A program made the position numbers and the translations under genes. A DNA stretch of 64,000 bases from Nitrososphaerales archaeon (GTDB lineage Archaea; Thermoproteota; Nitrososphaeria; Nitrososphaerales; UBA57). Below are positions 10,459-21,938 of this stretch, piece by piece. The notes beneath the pieces were generated by a model, which did not search any database, had not been told where the DNA came from, and saw nothing but the letters and a program-made list of their open reading frames with translations. Positions within the stretch are counted from its first letter, which is position 1. Each line of letters opens with the position of its first letter. Location: the NCBI GenBank assembly GCA_047517285.1, contig JAKZTE010000004.1, positions 5,500-69,499 on the forward strand, written 5' to 3'.

Positions 10459-10830
10459 CTAACCTTTTAGATTATTTAGTGAATCAAGAATTTTATCAAG
10501 AGTTGCTTTTGCATCGCCGGGTTCAACAATACAAGCTACTGCTGTGCCTATATCAATACTAATTGCTTGACCAATTAATTCCTTTTGTGGTACAAATACA
10601 AATGGAATTTTCATTTCGTTACATAAAATAGGAATATGTGCAACAACTTCAGGTGGATCTACATCTTCAGCAATAATAACTAATTTAGCAATTCCGCGTT
10701 CAATAGCCTTAGTAGCTTCGTTGGTGCCTTTTCTGATTTTGCCAGTCTGTTTTGCTTGTCGAAGAGCTTCATAACTTGCTTCGGCTATTTCTTTTGGAAT
10801 TTCAACTTTGACGTAATAAGGCTTAGACAT
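10459..10830 (-). CDS. rpl7ae: 50S ribosomal protein L7Ae
   Basis: KIRKGTNEATKAIERG, AEDVDPPEVVAH; start set at MSKPYYV. Confidence 0.97.
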   Translation of the reverse strand: MSKPYYVKVEIPKEIAEASYEALRQAKQTGKIRKGTNEATKAIERGIAKLVIIAEDVDPPEVVAHIPILCNEMKIPFVFVPQKELIGQAISIDIGTAVACIVEPGDAKATLDKILDSLNNLKG

Positions 10831-11023
10831 ACTATCTATTTCTCGCAATTTACTGGAATATAACTTCTTGGTTTAGTATTCAACAAATCAGATTGTCAAT
10901 GAAATATCTTTTTGATATTTTGTTGGATGGCAAGATTATCTGTAATTTATTTAAATATATACAAATTATAATAAGTAATTGTGAGTAATATGGGCGATCG
11001 TTTTTGGCACGAATAAATTTAGA

Positions 11024-12391
11024 GTGAATTTTGAAGAAATAAACATAAAAATTTCTCCATTTGAAACATTTGTCAGGTTATCAGAAAAGTTTGATGATAT
11101 TTACATATTAGAGTCAATATTGGGACCTGAAAAGTTATCAGAATTTTCTTATATTGGATTCAATCCTTCATTAAAGATTACTTTAGACAGCAATACTATC
11201 AGAGTAAGTAAAGATGGTAAAGAGAACGCTACAGATGTTAGTAATTCTTATGATTTATTTAGTAGTTTAAGGGAAATATTAAAAGAAAATTATGTAGACA
11301 ATAATTTTAATAGATTAATTGGTGGATTGGTGGGTTTTATTTCCTACGATATAGTCAGATATTGGGAAGATGTATCGGACAATTATACTAAAAGAACTTA
11401 TGCTGACTTTCAATTTGGATTATTTAATGAAGGAATAATATTTGATCATGAAAGAAATAAATCTTATTATTATTACTCAGGGCAGAACAATCTAAAGGAA
11501 ATATTAGAATCATTAAACTTACAAAGAGAGATTGGAACAATAGATTATACAGAACCTACTTCGAACATAGATAAAGAAAAATTTGAGAAGAATGTTGATG
11601 TTGCAAAAGAATATGTTAGATCAGGAGATATATTCCAAGTTGTATTATCGAGGAAGTATGAATTCGAAATAACAGGAGATTTGTTATCAATATATAAAGC
11701 GCTTAGAACAATAAATCCGTCTCCGTATATGTATTATTACAAGACTAAGAATGTAAATATAATTGGGTCTAGTCCAGAAATGCTTGTAAGGGTTACAGGC
11801 AATCAAATTGAAACATTTCCAATAGCAGGAACTAGACCAAGAGATGAGGACGAAGAGAAAAATAAACAATTAACAGATGAATTATTATCAGATGAGAAAG
11901 AAAGAGCAGAACATGTGATGCTAGTAGATTTAGCAAGAAATGATGTAGGTCAGATTGCTAAATTCGGATCAGTAAAAGTACCAGAATTTATGCAGGTACA
12001 TCAGTTCAGTCACGTACAACATATTGTATCAAAAGTGATTGGAGAGTTAAAGAAGGATAGAGACTGTTTTGATGCAATAAGAGCTATATTTCCTGCAGGA
12101 ACAGTATCAGGCGCGCCAAAGATTCGTGCAATGCAGATAATTCAAGAGTTAGAAGAAGAATCAAGAGGTCCTTATGCAGGAGCGTTAGGTTATTTTTCTA
12201 AGAATATGTGTGCAGATTTTGCAATAACAATCAGAACACTTGTTGTAAAAGGAAATGATGCATACATTCAATCTGGAGCAGGGATAGTTGCAGATTCCAT
12301 TCCAGAAAGAGAGTGGTTTGAAACAGAACAAAAAGCAAGTGCATTAATTGCCGCATTAGAAATGGCTAAAAAAGGAGCTAGTGTAAAATGA
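11024..12391 (+). CDS. trpE: Anthranilate synthase component I (true start may lie about 30 nt upstream)
   Basis: [45 protein letters not shown]. Confidence 0.95.
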   Translation: MNFEEINIKISPFETFVRLSEKFDDIYILESILGPEKLSEFSYIGFNPSLKITLDSNTIRVSKDGKENATDVSNSYDLFSSLREILKENYVDNNFNRLIGGLVGFISYDIVRYWEDVSDNYTKRTYADFQFGLFNEGIIFDHERNKSYYYYSGQNNLKEILESLNLQREIGTIDYTEPTSNIDKEKFEKNVDVAKEYVRSGDIFQVVLSRKYEFEITGDLLSIYKALRTINPSPYMYYYKTKNVNIIGSSPEMLVRVTGNQIETFPIAGTRPRDEDEEKNKQLTDELLSDEKERAEHVMLVDLARNDVGQIAKFGSVKVPEFMQVHQFSHVQHIVSKVIGELKKDRDCFDAIRAIFPAGTVSGAPKIRAMQIIQELEEESRGPYAGALGYFSKNMCADFAITIRTLVVKGNDAYIQSGAGIVADSIPEREWFETEQKASALIAALEMAKKGASVK

Positions 12392-12978
12392 AATTATTAA
12401 TAATAGACAATTATGATTCTTTTACATACAACCTTGTACAATACTTTGGAGAATTATCAATAGAACCAAAAGTATACAGAAATGATAGAATTAGTGTTGA
12501 GAAGTTTAATCAAATAGAACCAGACAGAGTAGTCATTTCGCCAGGTCCTGGTAATCCGTGTGATGAGAGATATTTTGGAATATGTTCGGAAATTATTAAA
12601 CTGTCGGGAGAAAAATCAATACCTGTATTAGGTGTTTGTCTTGGACATCAAGGAATAGGTCACACTTTTGGAGGAAAGATTAGACGTGCAAAAACATTGA
12701 AACATGGAAAAACTAGTATGATTAAACATGATGGAACTGGTATCTTTAAGAATATTCCAAACCCTTTTAGAGCAACTAGATATCATTCTTTAGTGGTGGA
12801 TGAGGAGACATTGCCAGATGAATTAATTATTTCTGCAAGATCGGAAGATGACAACGAGATTATGGGGCTAAAGCATAAAGAATACAACATACAAGGAATT
12901 CAATGTCATCCAGAATCTATTTTAACTGAATCAGGAAGAAAGTTATTAATGAATTTTATTGAAGGTAATAACGAATGA
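12388..12978 (+). CDS. trpG: Anthranilate synthase component II
   Basis: IDNYDSFTYN, ISPGPG, GVCLGHQ, HPES. Confidence 0.96.
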   Translation: MKLLIIDNYDSFTYNLVQYFGELSIEPKVYRNDRISVEKFNQIEPDRVVISPGPGNPCDERYFGICSEIIKLSGEKSIPVLGVCLGHQGIGHTFGGKIRRAKTLKHGKTSMIKHDGTGIFKNIPNPFRATRYHSLVVDEETLPDELIISARSEDDNEIMGLKHKEYNIQGIQCHPESILTESGRKLLMNFIEGNNE

Positions 12979-14036
12979 TAGTAGACGCAATCAGAAAGAA
13001 TGTAAATAGAGATCCACTTTCGAGTGATGAAGCGGCTCAAGCAATGAAAGAGATTATGTCAGGTTCTGCTACGCCATCGCAAATATCTGCATTTTTAATA
13101 TCTTTGAGTATGAAGGGAGAATCAATTGAAGAGATTGTAGCATTAGCGCAGACTATGAAAGAATTTGCCAATAGAATAAAGCCGAATCACAATAACAGAC
13201 TAGTAGATATAGTAGGAACTGGTGGAGACAAGATTAAAACAATCAATCTGAGTACAATTTCAGCATTTGTTTTAGCAGCGGCAGGAATTATGATAGCGAA
13301 GCATGGAAATAGAGCAGCTACGGGAAAATGTGGAAGTGCAGATGTCCTTGATAGATTAGGGTATCGTCTTGATACAAAACCAGAAAAAGTAGAAGAATCC
13401 ATTGAAAAAAATGGAATAGGATTTATGTTTGCTCCAATATTTCATCCTGCAATGAAAAATGTCATAGGAACTAGAAAAGAAATAGGAGTAAGGACAATCT
13501 TCAATATTTTAGGTCCATTAACAAACCCTGCAGGTGCAGATTCAATGATTGTAGGTGTAGCGAATACCGAATTAGTTGATAAATATGCAGCTGTATTACC
13601 TAAACTTGGTTGTAAACGAGCTATAATCGTACATGGTTTGGATGGTTTAGATGAAATTGCTACATTCGGTGAAACAAAAATGAGATTTATTGGAGATTTA
13701 GAGAATGAAGGAGAAGAGATTATTGTGAAACCAGATGATTTTGGTTTGAAAAAGATCAATGCACAAGACATAGCTGGGACTGGAATAGATTACAATGCCG
13801 AAGTAATGTATAAGATTCTCGCAAATAGATTAGATATAGATAATCCAAATGTTGAAGCGGTAATAGCAAATAGTTCAGTAGGATTTATTGTTGCAGGAAA
13901 AGCATCGTCAATTTCAGAAGGAGTAGAAATGGCAAGAACAATATTGAATTCAGGAAAATGTATTGATAAATTAAAAGAATTTATTCGATTTGTAGATGGA
14001 GACATGGAGAGAATTGAACAATTCGAATCGGTTTGA
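12975..14036 (+). CDS. trpD: Anthranilate phosphoribosyltransferase
   Basis: DIVGTGGD, KHGNR, GSADVL, RTIFNILGPLTNP. Confidence 0.97.
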   Translation: MIVDAIRKNVNRDPLSSDEAAQAMKEIMSGSATPSQISAFLISLSMKGESIEEIVALAQTMKEFANRIKPNHNNRLVDIVGTGGDKIKTINLSTISAFVLAAAGIMIAKHGNRAATGKCGSADVLDRLGYRLDTKPEKVEESIEKNGIGFMFAPIFHPAMKNVIGTRKEIGVRTIFNILGPLTNPAGADSMIVGVANTELVDKYAAVLPKLGCKRAIIVHGLDGLDEIATFGETKMRFIGDLENEGEEIIVKPDDFGLKKINAQDIAGTGIDYNAEVMYKILANRLDIDNPNVEAVIANSSVGFIVAGKASSISEGVEMARTILNSGKCIDKLKEFIRFVDGDMERIEQFESV

Positions 14037-14817
14037 TAATAAGTTTTTAACAGTAATTGCCGATGAGATTAGAGAATTAATCAATAAAGGATATTATAAT
14101 GTATCCGAAAAGATTGAACGTAAAAATATGAGTCTGAAAGATGTATTATTATCAAAAAAAGAAAACTATCCAATTATTACAGAAATTAAATTTTCATCAC
14201 CGTCATTGGGTAAAATAAACAGTAATTCCAACAGTCAGAAAGAAATTCTTGCTAAAATGGAAGTAAATGGCTCATCTGCAATATCAGTTTTGACTCAACC
14301 ATTGTATTTTGATGGATCTTTAGAGAATCTAAAAATTATAAGACAAAATACAGATTTACCAATATTAATGAAGGATATAATTATTGATGAGAAACAAATT
14401 GATGCAGGTTATAATTTAGGGGCGGATGTGATATTATTAATAGAGACTTTATTCGTAGATAATCAAAATAAACTTGAAGAATTGATTGCGTGTGCAAAGA
14501 ATTTGGGATTAGAGATATTATTAGAAGTTAACAGTAAACAAGAGTTTGATAAAGCCGTTACAAGGGATGTAGACATACTGGGCATAAATAATAGAGATCT
14601 TAATACATTAGAATTAGATATGAAAACTACAAACAGAATTTTAGGAGAAGAGTTTAAGATGGATAAACCAATAATAAGTGAGAGTGGAATATTGACTAGT
14701 GAAGATATGAAAATTATTGGTAAATCAGGAGTTAATGGGTTTCTAATAGGAACGTCAATAATGAAGTCAAATAATATTGAAAAGAAGATCAAGGAGTTAA
14801 CAAGTGTAAGAAAATGA
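13996..14817 (+). CDS. trpC: Indole-3-glycerol phosphate synthase
   Basis: [27 protein letters not shown]; start uncertain. Confidence 0.95.
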   Translation: METWRELNNSNRFDNKFLTVIADEIRELINKGYYNVSEKIERKNMSLKDVLLSKKENYPIITEIKFSSPSLGKINSNSNSQKEILAKMEVNGSSAISVLTQPLYFDGSLENLKIIRQNTDLPILMKDIIIDEKQIDAGYNLGADVILLIETLFVDNQNKLEELIACAKNLGLEILLEVNSKQEFDKAVTRDVDILGINNRDLNTLELDMKTTNRILGEEFKMDKPIISESGILTSEDMKIIGKSGVNGFLIGTSIMKSNNIEKKIKELTSVRK

Positions 14818-16007
14818 ATTTGAAATCACAACCAATTGATGGAAAATTTGGTATATTTGGTGGAAAGTATGTTCCTGAAACATTAATGCCGGTAGTAGAC
14901 GAATTAGAAGAGAAATATAATGATATTAAAGAAAATAAGGAATTCAATGAAAAATTATCAAAATTATTAAGAGATTATGCGGGGAGATCTACGCCAATTT
15001 ATTTTGCGGAAAATCTTTCAAAAAAATATGGTGGAAAAATATATTTTAAACGTGAAGATTTGCTACATGGTGGTGCACATAAAATCAATAACAGCATTGG
15101 TCAGGCATTGTTAGCGAAATCAATGGGGAAGAAACGTATTATTGCGGAAACGGGGGCAGGTCAACATGGCGTTGCTACTGCAATGGCATGTGCATTATTA
15201 GATTTGAAGTGTGAAATATACATGGGAAGTAATGATGTAGAAAGACAAAGTCCAAATGTATTTAGAATGAGATTATTAGGAGCAGAAGTACACAGTGTGA
15301 AGAGTGGTTCACAGACGCTAAAAGATGCAATAAATGAGGCTATACGAGACTGGGTAACAAATGTAGAATCAACTTATTATCTTATTGGGTCAGTTGTAGG
15401 ACCGCACCCTTATCCAATGATTGTCAGGGATTTTCAGAGCGTAATAGGAAAGGAGATTAAAGAACAATTTCCAAAGATTACGTCTCAAGAGATTCCAGAC
15501 ATACTAATTGCTTGTGTAGGAGGAGGAAGCAATGCAATTGGAACTTTTTATCCATTTTTAGAGGATGAATGTAAACTAGTAGGAGTAGAAGCAGGAGGTC
15601 TAGGAATTGACAAAGGAAAGCATTCTTCGACGTTAGGTGCGGGAAGTGAAGGAGTACTTCATGGCGCACGTAGTTATTTATTACAAGATGAAGAGGGTCA
15701 AATTCAAGAAACACATAGTATATCGGCAGGATTAGATTATCCAGGAGTAGGACCAGAACATTCATTTCTAAAATCTCAAGATAGAGTTGAATACGTCAGT
15801 ATAAATGACGAAGAAGCAGTCAATGCGTTTGTTGAGATGTCAAAATTAGAAGGAATAATTCCTGCATTAGAAACATCTCATGCCATTGCAGAAGCAATAA
15901 AACGTGCACAAGAAGTAGGAGATAAACAATCTATCTTAGTAACATTATCTGGAAGAGGTGATAAAGATATTCCAATAATTACAAAACATCTAGGGAATAA
16001 TTTATGA
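14814..16007 (+). CDS. trpB: Tryptophan synthase beta chain
   Basis: [44 protein letters not shown]. Confidence 0.98.
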   Translation: MNLKSQPIDGKFGIFGGKYVPETLMPVVDELEEKYNDIKENKEFNEKLSKLLRDYAGRSTPIYFAENLSKKYGGKIYFKREDLLHGGAHKINNSIGQALLAKSMGKKRIIAETGAGQHGVATAMACALLDLKCEIYMGSNDVERQSPNVFRMRLLGAEVHSVKSGSQTLKDAINEAIRDWVTNVESTYYLIGSVVGPHPYPMIVRDFQSVIGKEIKEQFPKITSQEIPDILIACVGGGSNAIGTFYPFLEDECKLVGVEAGGLGIDKGKHSSTLGAGSEGVLHGARSYLLQDEEGQIQETHSISAGLDYPGVGPEHSFLKSQDRVEYVSINDEEAVNAFVEMSKLEGIIPALETSHAIAEAIKRAQEVGDKQSILVTLSGRGDKDIPIITKHLGNNL

Positions 16008-16810
16008 AGATTTCCGAGAAGTTTAAAGAAGGAAAAGAACAGAAAAGATCATTATTAATTGGTTTTATTACTGCAGGAGATCCATCAATTGAATTAACAC
16101 CAAAATTAGCAAAAGCATTGGTAGAAGGGGGGGTAGACATAATTGAATTAGGAATTCCATTTTCTGATCCGATTGCAGATGGGCCAACTATTCAATCATC
16201 GAGTATGAGATCATTATCAAATGGAACAACGACTAGAGATATTTTAGATATTAGTAAAAAAATTATAGAAGAATTGGACGTACCAGTAGTATTACTAACA
16301 TATTACAACACTATAATGAAGATAGGAATTGAGAAATTTTTACAAGATGCTGAGAAAGCAGGAATTTCGGGCATAGTATCTCCTGATTTGCCACCAGAAG
16401 AAGCTGTAGAATATGTGAGATTAGCAAGATCAAAGTCAATTAATACCATATTTTTAGCTAGTCCAGCAACAAACGATATGAGGTTAGACAGAATAATTGA
16501 TTCAACTAGTGGTTTTCTTTACATGGTAAGTTTATTTGGAGTGACAGGAACGAGAGATTTATTTACAGAGCATTCTTCACAAGCAATAAAAAGAGTAGTA
16601 GAGAAAGTTAACGGAAGAGTACCTGTTGCAGTAGGATTTGGAATATCAAGGCCTGAACATGTTAGTAATTTTACAAAATTAGGAGTGGATGGAATAATAG
16701 TCGGTAGTGCATTTATAAAAATTATAGAAGATAATCTAAATAATACAGATTTGATGATAGATAAATTAAATAATTTAGCAGAAGAATTATCGCAAGCAAC
16801 AAGTAATTAA
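16004..16810 (+). CDS. trpA: Tryptophan synthase alpha chain
   Basis: [27 protein letters not shown]. Confidence 0.97.
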   Translation: MKISEKFKEGKEQKRSLLIGFITAGDPSIELTPKLAKALVEGGVDIIELGIPFSDPIADGPTIQSSSMRSLSNGTTTRDILDISKKIIEELDVPVVLLTYYNTIMKIGIEKFLQDAEKAGISGIVSPDLPPEEAVEYVRLARSKSINTIFLASPATNDMRLDRIIDSTSGFLYMVSLFGVTGTRDLFTEHSSQAIKRVVEKVNGRVPVAVGFGISRPEHVSNFTKLGVDGIIVGSAFIKIIEDNLNNTDLMIDKLNNLAEELSQATSN

Positions 16811-18072
16811 TCTAAATTTTTAGGGTTAACAACAAATAAAGGAACAAATAATTCATCATCAGTAAGTCCGCCATGGTAACCAGATAAAGATGCTTTGAAA
16901 TCTGATTTAAATCGGTGCATAAGTACATTGCCCTTACGTGAGAGTATAGTATAGTCTCCTAAGGCTGAAGATATATCACTATTCACAGTTTTTGAGCCAA
17001 AAAATCCTTCTTTAATAAATTTATCACTAGGGAATATATCAAATTGATTTTTATATTTTTGAAAAATATTTTTAAGATTATGATTGGGGTTATCTAATTT
17101 TACAAAAGATGTGCGCGAGTCTCCAGAAGGTGGACGACTTAAATTATCAAGAAATTTTGGTATATTGTTAGTGAACATCCTTCCAGTTTTATTAACTTGA
17201 ACTAATCCATGATCTCCGGTAATAAATATACAAACTTTATTACGATATTGAGTTTTAATATTTTTTATGAATTCATTTAGCAATCCGAATAAGATATTTC
17301 TCAATTCACTTTGGACTTCTGGAGTAAATGGACCATAAACATGTGAGGCAGAATCAAGGGCATCCCAATACACAAACGTAAATGGAGTTTTTTTATTAAC
17401 TATTTTAGAAAGATTGAGAAACATATCGGAAGAATTAACATAAGGCAATACATCTGAACCCTTATGGAGCATGCGCGATAACGCACTTTTCTTATACATC
17501 CAACGGGTTAGGACTTTAGATTTAACATCAATATCAGAAAGTGATTGGTAAAGTGTGTTATTTGTAAGAAAAGTTTCTGGGTCAAACCCAAATTTTGTAA
17601 GTCGGCTGCTATTTCGATCAGATTCAGGACTAAAATTAACCATATTAGCAATAGTTCCGTATTTTCGGAGATACATAGTATGACCAATTATACCGTGTTG
17701 TTGAGGAGTCATGCCAGTATTAACCGTACTAAGTGCAGTTGAGGTAGTTGATGGAAAAGTAGATGTTATTGGAATAACAATATTGTTGTGATAGAGTTTA
17801 TCAAGTAATGGATCATGAAGAGAATTTTTAATTAGATTAAAACCTAAACCATCAATAAGTATGAGAACAATTGATTGACAGCCATCAAGAGAAGTTTGTA
17901 TAAGATTGTCATGAAGGATATTTTTTGATTTTTTACCAAAATGTGTTAATATTGTAGGTGCAAGATTGGCTAAAGAATATTTCTTATAATGAGGTTTATG
18001 ATATGATTTAAAATTAGATTTATTAATTTCATTCCAAACCTTATCTTGATATTCTTGATGAATGTATTTCAA
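16807..18072 (-). CDS. Alkaline phosphatase superfamily nucleotide pyrophosphatase/phosphodiesterase
   Basis: IDGLG, FPSTT (Thr nucleophile), DSASH, GDHG, GYHGG. Confidence 0.88.
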   Translation of the reverse strand: MKYIHQEYQDKVWNEINKSNFKSYHKPHYKKYSLANLAPTILTHFGKKSKNILHDNLIQTSLDGCQSIVLILIDGLGFNLIKNSLHDPLLDKLYHNNIVIPITSTFPSTTSTALSTVNTGMTPQQHGIIGHTMYLRKYGTIANMVNFSPESDRNSSRLTKFGFDPETFLTNNTLYQSLSDIDVKSKVLTRWMYKKSALSRMLHKGSDVLPYVNSSDMFLNLSKIVNKKTPFTFVYWDALDSASHVYGPFTPEVQSELRNILFGLLNEFIKNIKTQYRNKVCIFITGDHGLVQVNKTGRMFTNNIPKFLDNLSRPPSGDSRTSFVKLDNPNHNLKNIFQKYKNQFDIFPSDKFIKEGFFGSKTVNSDISSALGDYTILSRKGNVLMHRFKSDFKASLSGYHGGLTDDELFVPLFVVNPKNLD

Positions 18073-18078
18073 GATGAG

Positions 18079-19809
18079 TCACTTGTGTGATAATATTGCA
18101 GAGTCTGCTGAGATAACACGACAGAAACCAATACGATTAAATTGTAACATATCACCTTCACTAAGATTTTTACATTGGCTTTCTGCAATGCCACTGTGAG
18201 TAGTAAGACTATCTGGTAAGAATTCAAAGGAGCCGTCTGAAGAGACAGTATATTTTTCATTATCAGGAATTAAGAGATTGAAATTGATTCCATCGTGAGG
18301 AACCCAGTGAATTTTTTTCAAAGATGGAATAGGTTCGGTACTTGTATATTCTGCAGTTATAGTACTAGATTTATTGGTTATTTTAATATTGAATAGATCC
18401 ATCAGTCTTACTTCATTGCCCTCGTTTAACGAATCAATATCATCTGGAGAGACAAAAAATTCATCAGATATGTCTATAGTTCTATCGCCAAGGTTTTCGG
18501 TTGGATGATGTTTAAGAGTAACAGATTTTATAGGAATATTATATACCTTTAATTTAATAGGATTAGGCACAAAGAAGTATCTTTTATCGGATTTGTCTCT
18601 AGCTTTTCTGTTAAAAGATGCCAATAACTCAAAATCAGGTGAAGATTCGCTTTTACTCAATCCTAAAGAATCGACAAAATTACTAATTCCTTCAGGAATA
18701 AAACCACGTTTATGAAGTGCAGAAAGGGTAACAAGGCGTATATCATGCCAATTATCAATCTGGCCTTTATCGATAAGAGATTTAATTTTACTTTTTGAAG
18801 TAGGCGAACCTTTCATAGACAATCGAGAAAAACTGACTAAAGAAGGTCTAGATTTGACTTTTCCTTGATCAAATAAAATTTGAGTGATTTCATTGTACAA
18901 TTCATCTCGTAATTCAAATTCTTTTGAACGTAATGCATGACTAACTCCTTCCAGACAATCAGTAATTGGAGCGGCAAGATCATATGTTGGCCAGATACTA
19001 TATTTTTTTCCAGTGCGAGGATGTTCTTCGTCGACAAAACGTAACATTATTGGATCACGCATAGCGGTATTATCCGATTTCATATCTCCTTTAAAGCGAA
19101 CAACGCCATTAATACGAGAAGAAAGGAAATCAGAAATTTTTGCGTCAGAGTTATTGGATAGAGCGTGTTCACAGATTTGTTTTTTAAAACGATTGTTTTT
19201 AATCATGTCAGATTCACATTCACAGATGTAAAGATGATTATCGCGAAACATTTGTGTAGAAATTTTATATATTTCGTCAAGATAATCAGATGCATAAGTA
19301 ATTTGATCAGGTTTAATTCCCATCCAATTTAGGTTCTCCAGTATTTCGTTGTAGAACTTAGTTTTTATAGCAACAGGATTAGTGTCGTCAAATCTTAGAA
19401 ATAATTTACCTGAGTATTTTTGTGTATAGCGAAAATCTAAACGAAATGCTTTAACGTGTCCAATATGAAGATGGCCATTTGGATTAGGAGAAAAACGAGT
19501 AATAATGGTTTCATAAGAATTGAAATTTGGAAGAGAAGGTAAAGGAAATTTTTCAGTATTTTTTGTTTCAGATTTCATATCTGGAAAATCTTTTTGAAGA
19601 AGTTTGATTTGTTCATCTGGACTCATAGAATTAATTTTTTCGATTATAGGCTTAATTTCGTTCATTAAATTTTTAATATCTAATTTTAATTCGGGTTTTT
19701 CTGCGATAATTTTGTTAATAACAGAACCAAGATTTGCTTTACCTTCATGTTGGGATGCATTAAATAAACTGTGTTTGGATATGAGTTCCTCGATTTCTGA
19801 TTTAATCAA
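18079..19809 (-). CDS. gltX: Glutamate--tRNA ligase
   Basis: RFSPNPNGHLHIGH, RFDDTNP, WPTYD, HALRSKE. Confidence 0.96.
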   Translation of the reverse strand: MIKSEIEELISKHSLFNASQHEGKANLGSVINKIIAEKPELKLDIKNLMNEIKPIIEKINSMSPDEQIKLLQKDFPDMKSETKNTEKFPLPSLPNFNSYETIITRFSPNPNGHLHIGHVKAFRLDFRYTQKYSGKLFLRFDDTNPVAIKTKFYNEILENLNWMGIKPDQITYASDYLDEIYKISTQMFRDNHLYICECESDMIKNNRFKKQICEHALSNNSDAKISDFLSSRINGVVRFKGDMKSDNTAMRDPIMLRFVDEEHPRTGKKYSIWPTYDLAAPITDCLEGVSHALRSKEFELRDELYNEITQILFDQGKVKSRPSLVSFSRLSMKGSPTSKSKIKSLIDKGQIDNWHDIRLVTLSALHKRGFIPEGISNFVDSLGLSKSESSPDFELLASFNRKARDKSDKRYFFVPNPIKLKVYNIPIKSVTLKHHPTENLGDRTIDISDEFFVSPDDIDSLNEGNEVRLMDLFNIKITNKSSTITAEYTSTEPIPSLKKIHWVPHDGINFNLLIPDNEKYTVSSDGSFEFLPDSLTTHSGIAESQCKNLSEGDMLQFNRIGFCRVISADSAILSHK

Positions 19810-19812
19810 GAT

Positions 19813-20856
19813 TTACCAGTTCCTTGAAACCATGTATTTAGTAATATTATTCAATAATAAACGGGACCTAGTATCAGGCAAATCAGAAAAGATAATATCG
19901 AATTCATTTAGTGCCTTATCTGAAAGTTCGTTACAAACGTTAGTTGCATAATCTATTGATTTATATTTAGAGATTAGATCTAATAATTTTTTTGAATTAC
20001 TTTCACGGAATTCACGATTATTATTAAAAAAGGATTCAATAAATTCTCGATCAGAAGTATTACAAGATTCTAAAAGATGAATAAGAATCAAAGTGCGCTT
20101 ACCTTCAATTAAATCTCCTGCGTATTCTTTTCCATACTTACCATCTGCAATAAGATTAAGAATATCGTCACGAATTTGAAAGGCAATTCCTAGATTAGTA
20201 CCAAATTCTACAAATTTATTTTTATTAATGTTCTTTTTTTCTGCAATCAGATTACCTAGTCGGAATGGAGTGATGCAAGTATACCATGAAGTTTTTTTAG
20301 TACACATAACTAGATAGTCTTCTTGAGATATATTCAAGTCGTTATTTTGAGACCAGGATAATTCCATATGTTGTCCTTCAGTGGTTTCATTTAGCATATG
20401 AATGAATTCATTAATAATATCTAGTGTTAGTTCGGCACCCAATAATGAATGATTCTTTTGTAATAGAGACCACATTCTACCGTGAAGTGAATCACCTGCG
20501 TTTATTGCAAGTGGGATAGTATGTTTACGATGTAGAACTGGTTGTCCACGTCGTAATTCAGATTCATCTTCAATGTCATCATGAATTAAAATCCAATTTT
20601 GAAATAATTCTAGTGATGAAGCAGTCAAAAGAGCGTCGTCGATTGTGCCACCAAATGCTTGAGAAGTAAATAAACAGATTGATGAGCGTATTCCTTTAGC
20701 AGGACGTAATGGGTAATCGCGCATCATATCATACAACAAATCAATTTCTTTTATTCCGTGATTTGAGGGGAGAAAATCAATTATAATCTCGTCGATAAGT
20801 TTTTTGTTTGCTTGTATTTCAGGTTCAGATAATATATCAGCGATATTGTATGTCAT
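19813..20856 (-). CDS. idsA: Polyprenyl (geranylgeranyl) diphosphate synthase
   Basis: LIHDDIED..RRG, GQHMEL, FQIRDD, DLIEGKRT; in mevalonate cluster. Confidence 0.9.
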   Translation of the reverse strand: MTYNIADILSEPEIQANKKLIDEIIIDFLPSNHGIKEIDLLYDMMRDYPLRPAKGIRSSICLFTSQAFGGTIDDALLTASSLELFQNWILIHDDIEDESELRRGQPVLHRKHTIPLAINAGDSLHGRMWSLLQKNHSLLGAELTLDIINEFIHMLNETTEGQHMELSWSQNNDLNISQEDYLVMCTKKTSWYTCITPFRLGNLIAEKKNINKNKFVEFGTNLGIAFQIRDDILNLIADGKYGKEYAGDLIEGKRTLILIHLLESCNTSDREFIESFFNNNREFRESNSKKLLDLISKYKSIDYATNVCNELSDKALNEFDIIFSDLPDTRSRLLLNNITKYMVSRNW

Positions 20857-21938
20857 TATTTACGAACCTTTGATATCCAGCTAGTAAGTGGTTCAGTCGT
20901 AATATACTCGATAGATTTGAGATCATCAATATTTTTAGCGCCGACCAGAAACATAGTTGATTTAAGTTCTAATATTAATTGATTAATGAAATCTTTTAGG
21001 GAATTATATGATTTAGACGCAGGTGTAAGCATAGGACGAGCAAATCCTCCGACATCAGCACCAAGCGTTATAGTTTTAGCAAGATCCAGTCCATTGCGTA
21101 AACCTCCAGATGCGATAATAGGAGTTTTTACAGAATTACGAGTAAGGAATATAGTAGCAGCAGTAGGAATACCCCAATCCCAGAATAAAAGACCAAGGTT
21201 AGATTTCTGCTTATTATTAAATTTCTTTGCTCGTATTTGTTCTATACCTGCCCAACTAGTACCTCCCATTCCAGCAACGTTTATTGCACCAATTTTAGTT
21301 GCAGATAATTTTTTAGCGACAGATGGAGATATTCCTGAACCAACTTCTTTAACAATTATAGGAACGTCCAAATCAGAAGAGAGTTCGGCAATTCTAGATA
21401 ATACAGACAAATAATTAGATTCGCCTTCGGGTTGAACAAGTTCTTGTAAAGGATTAAGATGAATGGCTAGCGCGTCAGCATCAATCATTTGCAATAATTT
21501 TTTTATTGATTGATAATCAAGTCCTTGAGAAAGTTGTGCACCACCTATATTTGAGAAAATAAATGCATTAGGAGCATTTTTTCGTACAACTTTAAAGCTT
21601 TCAGCAAGTTTGTTAGACAATAAACCAGCTCTCTGGCTACCAACACCCATACCAATACCGAATTCTTCAGCAGCCTGTGCCAATCTAGTATTAATTTTTT
21701 GGGCAGCTGGAGTACCACCAGTCATTGAATCTATTAAGAAAGGGAATTTGAGATTATGACCAAGGAATTTTGTAGATGTATTAATGTCGTCGAAATTGAT
21801 TTCAGGTAGAGCGCAATGCATCAATTCTACGCATTCCAGAAGTGTTGTTTTGGTCATTGCACTAATATTTTTTAATGCAAGTTCAATACCTTCTTTTTTA
21901 CGATCCTCAATAATATCTTTAGGGCTTTTTTTACTCAA
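20856..21938 (-). CDS. fni: Type 2 isopentenyl-diphosphate isomerase
   Basis: SMTGG, GVGSQR, HLNPLQE, KEVG, GGTSW, SGGLR. Confidence 0.96.
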   Translation of the reverse strand: MSKKSPKDIIEDRKKEGIELALKNISAMTKTTLLECVELMHCALPEINFDDINTSTKFLGHNLKFPFLIDSMTGGTPAAQKINTRLAQAAEEFGIGMGVGSQRAGLLSNKLAESFKVVRKNAPNAFIFSNIGGAQLSQGLDYQSIKKLLQMIDADALAIHLNPLQELVQPEGESNYLSVLSRIAELSSDLDVPIIVKEVGSGISPSVAKKLSATKIGAINVAGMGGTSWAGIEQIRAKKFNNKQKSNLGLLFWDWGIPTAATIFLTRNSVKTPIIASGGLRNGLDLAKTITLGADVGGFARPMLTPASKSYNSLKDFINQLILELKSTMFLVGAKNIDDLKSIEYITTEPLTSWISKVRK

